Source: Utricularia gibba
Taxonomy: Eukaryota; Plantae; Magnoliophyta
DNA length: 64,000 nucleotides
Direction: 5' to 3'
NCBI GenBank assembly: GCA_002189035.1
Contig: NEEC01000004.1
Location: 5,084,001-5,148,000 of the forward strand
Part shown: positions 38,314 to 50,220 of the stretch, piece by piece
How positions within the stretch are numbered: position 1 is the stretch's first letter
Layout of the letters: the number at the start of each line of letters is the position of its first letter
Made by a program: the position numbers and the translations under genes
Notes under the pieces: generated by a model
What the model was told of the DNA's origin: nothing
The model's database searches: none
The model's input: only the letters and a program-made list of their open reading frames with translations

Positions 38314-41300
38314 TCAAAAATATATAGACAAGATCTTGTCAATCCTGCTCTGCACAACGTTACACCTATTCAACACTTCATTTAACCTGTCATCCTCTTT
38401 ACTGTGTCGCATCCTCCTCTCATTGTAGGTTTCTTGTGCAACTGAGTTGTCCGTACTTGTTGAGACTATGTGCCTCTCTTCATCCCTCATCAAGAAGTTG
38501 TCTTGTAAAGTTGCAGAATGAAAATGATCGGGGGCAGGGGCTGATGAGGGCCTATGAGCTTGGCCCTCGTCGAGATGATCTGTTGAAAACCCACAGGCAA
38601 CAAGTTGAATCTGTTCATCCAGCGATGGATGAGCAACATGAGATATCCGTGAAACAGCTTCTTCCTCTGAGATACCCTGTGATGAATCACAACTTTGGGC
38701 TAGGATGTATGTCGACAATCCCGCACTTGAAAGATTTGTTAGCCGCCAATTGTATAGCCTCCGGAAAATCAGTGGCCACTCTGGAATAATATAATACTTG
38801 TTGTTATGAAGCTCCAGCCTGGTGAACCTTTGAACAAGCATTCCTGACTCAATTCTGGCAAAACTAACGTCAATCATCCTGCTGGTTTCTGTTAAATAGC
38901 GGGATATGCAACCTTCCAGACGCTGTTTCTGGCTCTCAAAATCATCTCCGGTGTCTGCACCCTTAGCTAACCAAGACAAGTCATCTAACAGGATTGGAAG
39001 CTTAGAACTGCTAAATGCATGTTTCAGTTGTTCAGTTTGTGAGAAGGAGCTCCACCCCACGCTTGGCAGGAACCATGATGCATATTTGTACTCTTTACTG
39101 GACTCATCAAGGAGCTTGATTTCAGGGCTTGGCCAGCCTGTGGGGTTTGCTTGAGCCGCAGCAGATACATCCTCCATCGATAGATCCAAAGCCTTATTAA
39201 AGGCTGATATGCAGTGGTTGGGGCTCGCCTTATGGTAATCAACCTCAACAAGAGTTTTCAGGGTTACGGAGTTCAGATGGGAAAGCGCTAAATCACGTGC
39301 CTTTGTTTCCGAGAGAACAATTTGTAGAGGTGACTCATTAGCCAGCCATTTCAGCCCTTCTCTAAGGCATTTGTCGCTGAAAAATTCATTCCACTTCTCC
39401 ATCCTGTTGTCTCTGACAAAGGCTATGTGAACCTTAGCTACCCTTGATTCCTTGATCTCATAGAGCGCTAGAGCCTGAGCTAGGGTGGAAGAATTCAAAT
39501 TATATGCCTTGGAGTCGCTCAGGATTAGAAGGGGCAAATTCGAACCCGAAGGCAGTGACATAATAAGCGCATGGAGCTGTTTCTTCTGGAACTCCAAGGG
39601 GACATCTTCTGCAGAAAGGAACAGAACAGCACTTGCCCCTGTATTTACATTGTCCAAACCTTCCGATGTACATTGCCGCACAGCTGATATGCAACAGGTT
39701 TCCTCATGATCATTTTCCACAGAAATCCAGCTTCTCCATATTGCCACGCCTGGGAATGATACAAGAAGATCTCTCTCATCATCGTTGTTATCAGGAAGAA
39801 GCTTCTTCTTTAGCCATGCACATGAAGCTGGGACTGTATTCTGAAACCCAGTATGGAATCCATACGAAACATCTGGAGTGCACAACAGCAACTTCCAGCA
39901 AAGGCATTTAGATCCCGGATTCTTCACAAGAAGTTCTGATGCTATCAAATCAGCAGGATTCAAAACAGACATTGATCGTTCCTGAATTTCATGTCTCTTG
40001 ATCATGCAATGATCAATGTCAAATGAACCAGCACCGGAGGGTTGCTTTAGGGAGAAGATTTGGAAGGCAAAAAAAAAGGTGAGGTTAAATCATAGTAGCT
40101 AAAATATGTAGAAAAAAAGGAGTCATTAACAGACAGCTCCTAAAAAATTCCAAAGCTGTATAATCGATAGCTTCCAGGGAACTCACATTTTCAAATGTCC
40201 AGATAGGTGGCCCAAGTGACAGCAGCTCCAAGGCAGAATTTGCAGCCAACAGCTTACGCTGGCGCAACTCTCTTCTGTGTTCTGCATGGCGCTTCCATCT
40301 CCTGGATGATGAAATTAGCACATTCAAGAAAATTTTAATCACTAAAAAAGATAGGAGAGGAAAAAATCAATACCTTAGAGTTAGCTTAAGTTTAGCTTCT
40401 TTAATTTCATCACATGAACGTCTTGCCTCTGTATCAGATGTATCTTCCTCTTCTATGTTCGTGGCTTGTTCTACATCTTCTATAACATCATGTTTATCCA
40501 AAAATGATGGCGCCACAGGTTCCACAATACCAATCGGGAGAGTTGAATATTTTCTTTCATATTCCACTCCATGTGCGCCAGGTGCTCTGACTTCCACCTC
40601 GGGTAGAGTTGATCTACTAAAAGAATTCCTAAACATAGGATTGTACTCAGGTTGCCCGTATGAATCCCTTCCTCGTGGTTCAGTGGTGATGACACCAGAG
40701 GTATCCAAACTAGGAGAACCTGATACAACTATTGGAACACCTCCCCAATTTCCGCATCTTGCCTCGGGAGAGCAGAATTTGTCCCAAGTGCTAATTTATT
40801 AGGGCTGCTCTTAGGGGAGACAATGCTTGAAAAATCCAGCATTTCCTCGTCTTGGACTGGAGTAGAGTTCACAGATTTAGCAGAACTTGGGATTTTGGAA
40901 ATCATGACATGAGCTTTCCTTTGCTTGATTTCTTTGACTTCTTTGGGTTGGGGCTCATTCAGTGAAGAATATAAGACATCGGTTACCATATCACTTGACC
41001 TTTTTCTTTCAACAAGTTTAGAACGTTTGACAGGAATTTCATAATCAAGATCAACATACGCATTTTCTTTCACCAAGTATGGTTCTTCAAAGTCCCTCAC
41101 CGAAAATCCAGAACATCCCATAATCTCTCCTATATCCTCCTCTTCCTTTTAAAAGAAAAAAGCACCAGCTTGAGAAACTTCTGAATATTCCCTATACAGA
41201 GAGAAAAGAATATGAAATCACATATGTACCTCTATTCCAAGCCATTTAGAAACATGGCTGATTGGAATTCCCTGGTTCATTTGGAGACCACTGTGCAAGG

Positions 41301-44300
41301 AAAAAAGTGCCTGGATACGTAACTGGATGAAAGAGCAGAACATAAAAGTAAAGTTCATGAGATAACAAGCAAACAAAAAAAGCATCCGTAGATAAATGAT
41401 CTAAACCAAATACCTTAGAGAAATGAGCGTGCATTAGGCATGCCTGAAGGTAAGTAGCTCTGCTTGCAAGTCTAAAGAAAGCAATAAAATTGGATGCTCT
41501 GCATGCCCTGAAGGTAGGTACGATATAAAGTCTTTTAGAGGGAGTATAGTACTTTCCACTGAAAAAAAGAGGAGAACAGGAGACAGGTTTCAGCAAACCT
41601 TGCTACATCACGAGCAAATAATACTTCAGGTGTTTGTCTCATCTCTGGAGTCATCTTAGCCAGATCAAGAGATAGCTCTGCAGGTTCGACCTGGTAAGTT
41701 GCTCTTGTTGAGTGCAAATTGGTTAATATAGAAAACTGTTTTAATACCAGGTGGGTGGCTTACTTTATAGCCTGGATGTTTGTCAAGCTTGAGGAGCGCA
41801 TAATAACCTCTAAACTCTTTCTCTGATGGTACAGAAATCCCTTTTTTTCTATGATCATCATACAGCTGAAATAACTCAACAGAAGTTTTGTTCATCTGCT
41901 CAATATTAAGATGTGCATCAAATCCCTCCGAGAATCCCTCTCCCTTCATGTGTTCGCATAATTCATGCATAGCTATTATGTGAAGACGTATCTGCAAGGG
42001 CAATAAGAAAATTCCAACGTGTAAAGTGCAACTAAAAAATAGAAGAGTAAGAAGTCAAGATAACAGGAGAAAAAAAAGTACCATTTGCTCCAGCATTTTG
42101 ATGGCCTGCATGTTAAAAATATGCTGCATCCTCAAATCCATTCGGATGGCACGCATTCTATCCCAGAGAAAGTTGTACAACCCAAGAAAACTATGATCAT
42201 ATGGCTTGCGCAGCAAGCTAAGAAGATAGTTCATTGTCTTTTGCAAAACTGGCATTGGCCGGATAAGCCCTGCTTCTCTCTCAGCAGTCCTATTATACTG
42301 ATGAATCATAAAATGATTTAAATTGAAATCAAAATGGGTTGAAAATTATTTGGAATAGCAAAACACTAAGGTTTAACCTTTTTCACAGCCAGAAATTCAT
42401 TGGTCAGATTCCGATCCCCATCTTGGCGCTCATATTGATCAAGATCACCTTTTCTTTCACGCTCAGCTCTCTCAGATTCTGTAAACAATACCAAATGAAA
42501 GTAACTCAAGGCATGTTAGACCAAAGGTATCCCAAGTAAACATTATACAACTGAGCAGGTGAAGAGACGAAGGATTGATGTATCATTTCATGCAGAAGTG
42601 AGAGCAGCACAACACCGTTAAAGCCCTTCTAGGGAGAAAACTAATCTGCGAACTTCACTAAGTGACAACAATATAACAAATGCATATGATACATGGTAGT
42701 AAAGCTTTTCACAAAAAATCATAAAAATCCCCCAAAATACGAATAATCATTCAATTATGGCTAAAAAGCCTATGCATGTGATACATGTTAGTCAGAAGAT
42801 ACCAGGACACATATCTGGACATGATCCAATTATGCTACTTGGTGCGACCACTCTCTCAGATTCAGCTGAACCATCACCATGCACGGAATCTCCTATTATA
42901 TTAACAGTGGGATCTACAATAAACTTTTTCTCGGTAGGCATAAGCTGGTGCTGAGCCTTGGCTGGAAATTTTTTGTTTCTCATAGATGGACTCGGTTCTG
43001 GGTTAGTGAGTTCGTCTCTGAAGCGCGCCAAACGTTTTGCCTTAGCATCCAATTCTCTGTCCAAGAAATGCAGTTAAATAACACTTCTCCCAACTCCCAA
43101 CTTCAAAATGGTCATGTCACTTACAGATCAGCCTCCTCCAAATTATCAGAGTGTACTTGAGAATCATGGTCAGATGATGGCAAAAGTGGTGTACCCGGCT
43201 TGCTAGTTGCTGCAAACTGCAAACTCTTGTCCATTCCACTTATATTTCCAGTTTGCCAAGAATTTGGAGAGGGGCTTACACTTTGATGAGCAGGAGATCT
43301 GGAAAAAACACTTACATCTGAATCATAAAGAATCAATGAAAGTAATCATAGAAACACTTACATCTGAATCATAAAGAATCAATGAAATGCATTATAATAA
43401 AGAATCGTAGAAAGTAGAAAAACATTAGCAGGTCAAACAGAGAAGTACAAAAACATCTTGCCATATCATCAAAATCTCAGTATACATAATCTACTTCACG
43501 GAAGAATTGACTCACTACATTATGTGATTGGCATTCTCCGACTATTCAAATATGCCACATTATTTAAAACTTGTCAAAATATCAGGTGTGGAAAGAAACT
43601 GGCGATAAAATAGTTAAAAGTAAGCCTAATGTCTAGTTCTCCACCACACTGATAACTGGGAAAACCAGGTTGAATACAGAGGAATTGCAAGTCAGGAAAA
43701 AAAAAAAAGTAAACACAAGAAAGCACACTAAAAGAGGGAATAAAAGTTAATCATTGTACAGGACAGCTTCATAAGCAATAACGACTCTATTCACAAATGG
43801 GGATGTCATGAAACAAGCAGAACATACAAAACTAAAGATACCATATTCTGAACCTTCTGTCATAAAATCTTCGTTCACCCAAGGAAACAGCACTGGGTAA
43901 TGTTGGAGATCTTGTCCCTTTCAATAATGAAGCATCTTCATTCTTTGAATTTCTTTCATAAGGATAATTTCGATTATTTGATGACACAGATGACAGGCCT
44001 TCTTGAACAAGCATTGGATACGAGTGAAAACTCCTACAATAATCAATTCGAGCATGACACATGAATTCAGGGCAGAGAGGCAGCGATTTCAAAAACATAG
44101 CTGAAGCATAGGATCTTAAATATGTTTCCCAGTTCGACTGGAATGAACTGCCTTTCTTTTCATTTATCTCTGATCAGACTAAAAGTTCAAAGGTTCATGA
44201 TATACACTTTTGTCTCATCTACCAATCATCTACTAAAGGAAACGAAGCTTACTACCTAAGAACTTAGAATAGGAAAAAAGAGTAAACGGAACATTCATTT

Positions 44301-46138
44301 GAACCAACCAGCTCAGACTGGTGCCTGATGTTAGTTCCTGAAAAAACTGCAAAGTCTGGTAGCAATGAAAATAAAATGGGATTATCAAATGGGTGCACAT
44401 TCTAACATTCTACGAACTGAATTAAAAAATTGGTTGAGTACTTTTCATTTCCTCCAGACGCAGCTGGAGATTTCCCATAAGAAGAGCTGTTTCCAGAAGC
44501 TAACACTGGTGAATCCCCTGAATGAGGATCATCAAGGTCTCTGTAATCAATTAAATATCTGGAAGGACTGGCAAGAACCACGAAAAATTTAGAATCTCAA
44601 ATAAACAAAAAAAGTAAAATAATGAGAACAAAAAAAATAAAAAGAAGCAACACTTATCATTACTATCATACAGACATGATGCAATACAGCCCAAACTTAT
44701 ATACTTAGGATGCCAATTTTAAGAAATACCTTGTACTTCCATAGGGGGTAGAAACTGTAGCATGCGTTGAAGTAGAGGAAAAAATCTTCTGCTGGGAAAA
44801 AATATCTGCATTCTTTGTATTAAATATTTGTCTAGACTGTGCTATGGTAGTAGGGGAAATTACTCCTTGAGCTGGAATATTAGCATCATGAGTTGATGAC
44901 GGTGTTCTATTATTCCAGGTTGAGGATGGATATTGTAGCCTGTGCACACCCATATTCACACGTACAGAGTTAATTCTCGAGCCATATACAGATGGAGAAT
45001 ACCAATTCCAATATTCTATATTTGCGGCAAGAAAGTCTATGGAAAAAAGAATCTAGTATTCAGAACGGTTTCTAGAGGTAGAGTAGAAAAAATACAGTCA
45101 GGTCTCGTTAAAATTCTCTATCAGAGTCATAAGGAGCAAGTATTGCAAAACAACAAGGATACCAACAAAGAAGTTAAATCAGTAATTGCTTTAGAAGCTA
45201 GCTATGCAGAGAACTATCATTAATTTTCACTTACTGCTGAGAAACGATTGTATGAGGTTGCTGGCCACCAACATAGAGATTTTTCTGAATAACCTTAGGA
45301 GGTGACCTTGCTTGGTTAGGTCTTACATAACTTTTATCAGCGGAAATCACACTTGTAAAAATGCTGCAACAAGCACATTCAGAGGAAGTGAAACGGAGTA
45401 AACTTTAACGAAGATCTGCGAATAATAAAAGAATATATTGCCCTTAATGAATTTTTCAACTCCAAAAAACTTCTACATTCAGTTTTCAGAAAAAGAGATA
45501 ATTACAGCCAGATATGAGAGTGCGCCAACATCACATTTCATGCCAAGAAATTGATTTTATCAACAAGAGATTCATCATGTGAAAAAAAAAAATGCAAGAG
45601 AGAGACTTATGTAAACCCCATAAAATTCAGATGCAAAATTTAAGCGTAGTGATAAGTAAGTAAACTTGGAAAGCCATAAGGCAAGAAATCTTACGTATCC
45701 GCAGAACCTCTGGACTTTTTCAAAATTTCATCCGGGGATGAAAAATAAGGGGGATTGGTCCTTTTGGATGGATGAGAACCAGCATTTGCAGAGGCTCTGT
45801 TACTAAGCTTGCTTAAACCAATATTTGGTAAAACCGCAGCAGGTTGGTGCTGCATCCTGGCACCACCATCTTGAAATGAACCTGCTCTCCCATCATCCCA
45901 CCTCACAGTTGATTCCTCCGCTCTGGGCCAAAAAAGCCAATGAATAAGCTACAATCGCCTCATTTTACACATAGTCAGGAAACCACAACCATCACCACTA
46001 GAAGATTGCCGGAAACCCATCCACCCCCAGCCCGAAAAAAGAAATCCGCTTTAACGCATACCGTGGAAAAGAAGGAGGTATCAGATTAACTTGTGAAGCC
46101 TTCGGACCAGAGTCCTTCCCAAAACTATTAAACGACAT
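38314..46138 (-). CDS. SAC3B: SAC3 family protein B (SAC3/GANP, TREX-2 mRNA export), multi-exon; at least one 1-bp frameshift as assembled (C4 40743-40746)
   Basis: Start MSFNSFGKDSGPK; IIGSCPDMCP, YNRTAEREAGLIRPMPVLQKT, NFLWDRMRAIRMDLRMQH, EKEFRGYYALLKLDKHPGYK; long terminal exon ending IDKILSIYF. Confidence 0.93.
43306..43387. repeat. 36-bp direct repeat (period 46) in a SAC3B intron
   Basis: AAACACTTACATCTGAATCATAAAGAATCAATGAAA at 43306 and 43352. Confidence 0.9.
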
Positions 46139-46527
46139 TTTCCTTGTCAATCGGCGAGTGCAATTCTGTTTGAGAAAATAAGGAACCGGAATTATAACCG
46201 TTTCCACAGATATCGTCCCCTTCTCCACAATCCCAGTCCCCTATATTAGCCAGACAGAGCAAGGGAAGCCAGAGAAGCGTAGCAGATGCCGGAGAACGCC
46301 ATGAAAGCTTCAAATGATTTCAGCGCGCCTATTACTTCCCACGAGATGCAAAACTGCAAGGGGTTAGGGTTCGTGAGTATATTGAGACTAAATTTTTTAA
46401 TGAAAAATACAAACATAAGTAAAGAACGTCATATTTTTTTTCGGTGAGAAAAACAGCATCCTAGGGTTAGGCATCTGGGAAGAAGGTGCAAAATACGATT
46501 CACGGCGGCGCGTGGTTATTCAACTCA
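46139..46527. promoter_or_regulatory. Bidirectional promoter/5'UTR region between SAC3B and eIF2B-epsilon with telo-box-like motifs
   Basis: Divergent ATGs are 390 bp apart; TAGGGTT at 46365-46371 and 46462-46468. Confidence 0.65.
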
Positions 46528-48696
46528 ATGGTGGCGAAGAAAGGGCCCAGAGGTGGGATAGTTGCGGAGGATGCGGACGAAGAGCGTAGTCGCGTCCCGT
46601 TGCAAGCCGTTCTTCTCGCTGACAGCTTTGCCACTCTCTTTCGCCCGATCACGCTTGAGCGCCCCAAGGTATTGTTGCCACTGGTTAATGCTCGAATGAT
46701 TGATTATACCTTGGCATGGCTCGAATCTTCTGGGGTTGAAGAGGTTTATGTCTTTTGCTGTGCGCATTCTAAACAATTGATTGAATACCTGGAAAGGTCA
46801 AAGTGGTTTGGGCGATCCAATTTTTTGGTGACTACTATAGTATCCAACAATGCAACTAGTGCTGGTGAAGCTTTAAGGGTGATATACGAAAGGGGTGTGA
46901 TTTGTGGAGATTTTGTTCTGGTCTCTGGAGATACAGTGAGCAATATGCCACTTACTCAAATGCTAGCAGAACATAAGGAAAGGAGAAAAAGAGACAGCTA
47001 TGCTGTAATGACCATGGCTATTCAACGATCAAAACCTTCTGCGATTACTCATCAATCTCGTCTTGGAACAGATGAGTTGTTTATCGCTATCGACCCTGAA
47101 ACGAATCAGCTTCTTTATTACGAGGATAAAGGTGATACTTCAAAGGGGTTTTTCTCTTTGGACAAGGCATTGCTGACTGCGAACTCTTCCATATGTGTTC
47201 ATAATGATAGACAGGATTGCTTCATAGATATATGCGCCCCAGAGGTTCTCAGTCATTTCATAGAAAATGTTGACTACCAGCATCTGCGTGCCCATTTTGT
47301 TAAAGGGTTACTTGATGATGATGGGATTAGTGGTTACAAAGTTTTTATCCATGATATTCTTTCAAGTTACGCAGCTAGAATTGACAATTTACGGAGCTAT
47401 GACACCATTAGCAAGGATATCATTCAACGGTGGACTTATCCTTTCGTGCCTGACACTCAGTTTGCTGCCAAGTCTGCCGTAAAGCTTGGAAGACAAGGAA
47501 ATTATCGAGCATCAGGATCTAAAATATCACCATCAGCAACAATTGGCCCATGTACAGTTATTGGTAATGGTACAACAATAGGGAGCTGTTCAGACGTAGC
47601 AAATACAGTTGTTGGAGAAGGATGTGTTATTGGGTCAAATGTTTCAATTGAAGGTTGTTATATCTGGGATAAGGTTACGATAGAGGATGGATGTATACTT
47701 AAGCATGCCATACTGTGCGATGGGGTGATTGTGAGATCAGGTGCCATACTAGAACCAGGTGTTGTTTTGTCTTTTAATGTCATTGTTGGAAAAAATTTTA
47801 GACTGCCTTCTTACTCAAAGGTTTCTCTATTCAAACGTCCTATCAAACAAGATAGTGATGAGGAGCTGGAGTATGTGGATGATGGTTATGGAACAGTTGA
47901 AATTTCATCTAGTCCTAATTCACCAGAGAGAATGGAGGAGTTGAGGGCAGATTATTCCGACGTTGGTGATGGTGGGGCTGGTTGTATTTGGTTGGTCGGT
48001 GATGGGGAACGGGAGGAAGAGTGGCTGCACTCTATAGCACCTGTTTCAAAAGATCAACTCTCCGAGATTCTGCAAAACCGAAATAATGAAATTGTGAACT
48101 CCAATGAAGATGGCACTATTTTACCACAATCTCAGGATCTTGAACTTGGCTCTAGTGACAATTCTGATGAAGATGTCACAGATGATCCCCTCCATTTCCA
48201 GAATGAGATTGAAGCAACCTTTCTAAGGGCCGTAAATGAGAATGTTAAAGAAGATAATCTGATTTTTGAAGTAAATGCACTGAAGGCCATGCACAACTGT
48301 GAACTGATCGATTGTGCTGGTGCATTGTTTTATTCTATGATGAAGCTGGCTTTGGAAACTCCACATGCCTCATCCAGTGAACTTGTCAAGAACGTAGCTG
48401 AAATGATCACAAAGTGGAAGAAGCTCCTGAAGTGTTATCTTAAAACCATAGATGAAGAGATTGAGGTCATCTTGAAGTTCGAGGAAATGTGTCTAGAGTT
48501 CGCCACAGAATACATCGCAGTCTTTCCCCAGATCCTGCATATCATGTATGACAAAGACATATTGCAAGAAGACGCTATACTGAAATGGGCAGCTGAGAAA
48601 GAAGAGGCCGATGAGTCTGATAAGGTTCTGCTGAGGCAGTCCGAGAAACTTATTCAGTGGCTGAGAGAAGCATCTGAGGAAGATGACGACGAGTGA
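46528..48696 (+). CDS. EIF2B5: Translation initiation factor eIF2B epsilon subunit, intronless
   Basis: LQAVLLADSFATLFRPITLERPKVLLPLVN NT-like domain, left-handed beta-helix repeats, and a W2/HEAT domain with FEVNAL and QWLREASEE. Confidence 0.95.
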   Translation: MVAKKGPRGGIVAEDADEERSRVPLQAVLLADSFATLFRPITLERPKVLLPLVNARMIDYTLAWLESSGVEEVYVFCCAHSKQLIEYLERSKWFGRSNFLVTTIVSNNATSAGEALRVIYERGVICGDFVLVSGDTVSNMPLTQMLAEHKERRKRDSYAVMTMAIQRSKPSAITHQSRLGTDELFIAIDPETNQLLYYEDKGDTSKGFFSLDKALLTANSSICVHNDRQDCFIDICAPEVLSHFIENVDYQHLRAHFVKGLLDDDGISGYKVFIHDILSSYAARIDNLRSYDTISKDIIQRWTYPFVPDTQFAAKSAVKLGRQGNYRASGSKISPSATIGPCTVIGNGTTIGSCSDVANTVVGEGCVIGSNVSIEGCYIWDKVTIEDGCILKHAILCDGVIVRSGAILEPGVVLSFNVIVGKNFRLPSYSKVSLFKRPIKQDSDEELEYVDDGYGTVEISSSPNSPERMEELRADYSDVGDGGAGCIWLVGDGEREEEWLHSIAPVSKDQLSEILQNRNNEIVNSNEDGTILPQSQDLELGSSDNSDEDVTDDPLHFQNEIEATFLRAVNENVKEDNLIFEVNALKAMHNCELIDCAGALFYSMMKLALETPHASSSELVKNVAEMITKWKKLLKCYLKTIDEEIEVILKFEEMCLEFATEYIAVFPQILHIMYDKDILQEDAILKWAAEKEEADESDKVLLRQSEKLIQWLREASEEDDDE

Positions 48697-48860
48697 GCGA
48701 TGCTGCTGATATGTTTCAAAAACATGCTCTTTTACTCCTTGAATAAACAGTGAATTTCAATTCTGAAACCATTCGGCAAACACAATACATCCTGAAGTTG
48801 AGCTAAAATATGTCTCCAGGCTTCAAAAATTCCAATTCGATCCGGCAAAGAACAAACTGA

Positions 48861-48936
48861 ACATCACTATTGTTATTAAAAAAAAACAAACTCTACACAT
48901 CACTATTGTCACAAAAAAACAAACTCTACACATCAC
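48861..48936. repeat. 33-36 bp tandem repeat, ~2.2 copies
   Basis: ACATCACTATTGT...AAACAAACTCTAC units start at 48861 and 48897; a partial unit starts at 48930. Confidence 0.85.
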
Positions 48937-48975
48937 CAGGTGCAACACCAATTGGACCTTGACAATGATTGCTCC

Positions 48976-49325
48976 TCATCAAAGGGGCCAAGATTTACAC
49001 ATCATCCCCAAGCAGAGTGTACAGGATGCTATGCAACCAAGAGGAACCTTGGTAGCTTCCATTGAGCAGATGGAGAATAATTGTAGCTTAGATGGTTCAC
49101 AATTGTGGGGTTTTGATCTGAATAATAGAAACACGCATATTCATCAAAGGGGACCAAGCTTTACAGATCATAATAGGGCACACATCATCCCCAAGCAGAG
49201 TATACAGGATGCTATGCAACCATGAGGAACCTTGGTATTTTCCATTGAGCAGGTGGAGAATAGCTGTAGCTTGGATGGTTCACAATAGTGAGGTTTTGAT
49301 CTGAATAATAGAAAAACAGATACTC
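48976..49325. repeat. ~165-183 bp tandem duplication between the eIF2B-epsilon and PNRC-gene 3' ends
   Basis: CACATCATCCCCAAGCAGAGT...GTTTTGATCTGAATAATAGAAA starts at 48998 and 49181; TCATCAAAGGGG at 48976 and 49141. Confidence 0.92.
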
Positions 49326-49704
49326 ATGTGCAGCCCAAATAAAGCAGTAACGAATAGTTATTCATTACGCTGAAACTTCTTTACAGAAACACCAGGTTAC
49401 ATCAACTTGATACAAATACAAACAGTCCTACAATCAACAAGTTTTGTGCTCCTCATCGAAGCTTTCATCACAAACATCATGAAAGAGAGATAAAGTAAAC
49501 TGAAAATCCATTATTATTACTTCTGTGCAGAAACACAGCAGCCATAGGGAACCAGCGAGTCTTGGGTGCTTCTCAATTTGTGATCTTTTCTACCGGGTAT
49601 CCGTAATTCCAATCCCATATTGGGAAAAAATATCTATGGGTGGAATTTCGGGTCGCCGGAAAATAGGGTCCACAGAAACTGATCGGCAAAAGGGATCATC
49701 CTTC

Positions 49705-50220
49705 TCACTCAAGGCGAAGCAATCGCCTCAGATCTTCCGTTGCTGAATCAGCCAACGGCTTCTCTTGATGCTTTTTCTGGTTAAAAAAAGAAGGAAGAGG
49801 AAGCGATCTAGGAGATGGCGATGAATAAAACGCCGATCCGGCGTACATGTCAGACATCGGCGGCAGAGAAAGACGGATCTGCTTCAGAAGAATCTCCGGA
49901 TCCGAAACCGTCTCAACAGGTTTAGGTTGCGGCGATTTTATAACCTTGGACGCTACCGAATCCAACGTTTCCCCTCTCCTAAGCAAAGTAACATTACCCA
50001 TCTGAAGATTCTGAGCGCCCCCGTCCTCCTTACCAACAAAACCATTTTTTGCCTTCTTCCTCGCGGCGGCGTTCTCCAGCGAGAAATTGACTTTTTTCTT
50101 GTCAGGCTTGGAGGCGGCCTTATTACCAAACCCTCCGTTGTTAGAAACCCTCTGCCGTCGTAACACCGGAGGGAACCTATCCACCAACACATCCTGGGGC
50201 CGCAAGACTTCCGTAGCCAT
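49705..50220 (-). CDS. Plant PNRC-motif (proline-rich nuclear receptor coactivator-like) protein, 171 aa
   Basis: MATEVLRPQD start, YAGSAFYSSPSPRSLPLPSFF motif, C-terminal ATEDLRRLLRL. Confidence 0.85.
   Translation of the reverse strand: MATEVLRPQDVLVDRFPPVLRRQRVSNNGGFGNKAASKPDKKKVNFSLENAAARKKAKNGFVGKEDGGAQNLQMGNVTLLRRGETLDSVASKVIKSPQPKPVETVSDPEILLKQIRLSLPPMSDMYAGSAFYSSPSPRSLPLPSFFNQKKHQEKPLADSATEDLRRLLRLE

Noticed and set aside
43306-43387. Micro-exon created by the SAC3B intronic duplication
   Set aside because: The phase-compatible acceptor is the downstream TTCCAG|ATCT; the duplicated AG sites give the wrong frame.
49222-49304. C/D-box snoRNA in the 183-bp repeat (ATGAGGA...CTGA)
   Set aside because: The C-box is imperfect and absent from the other copy, and I recognised no rRNA-complementary guide.
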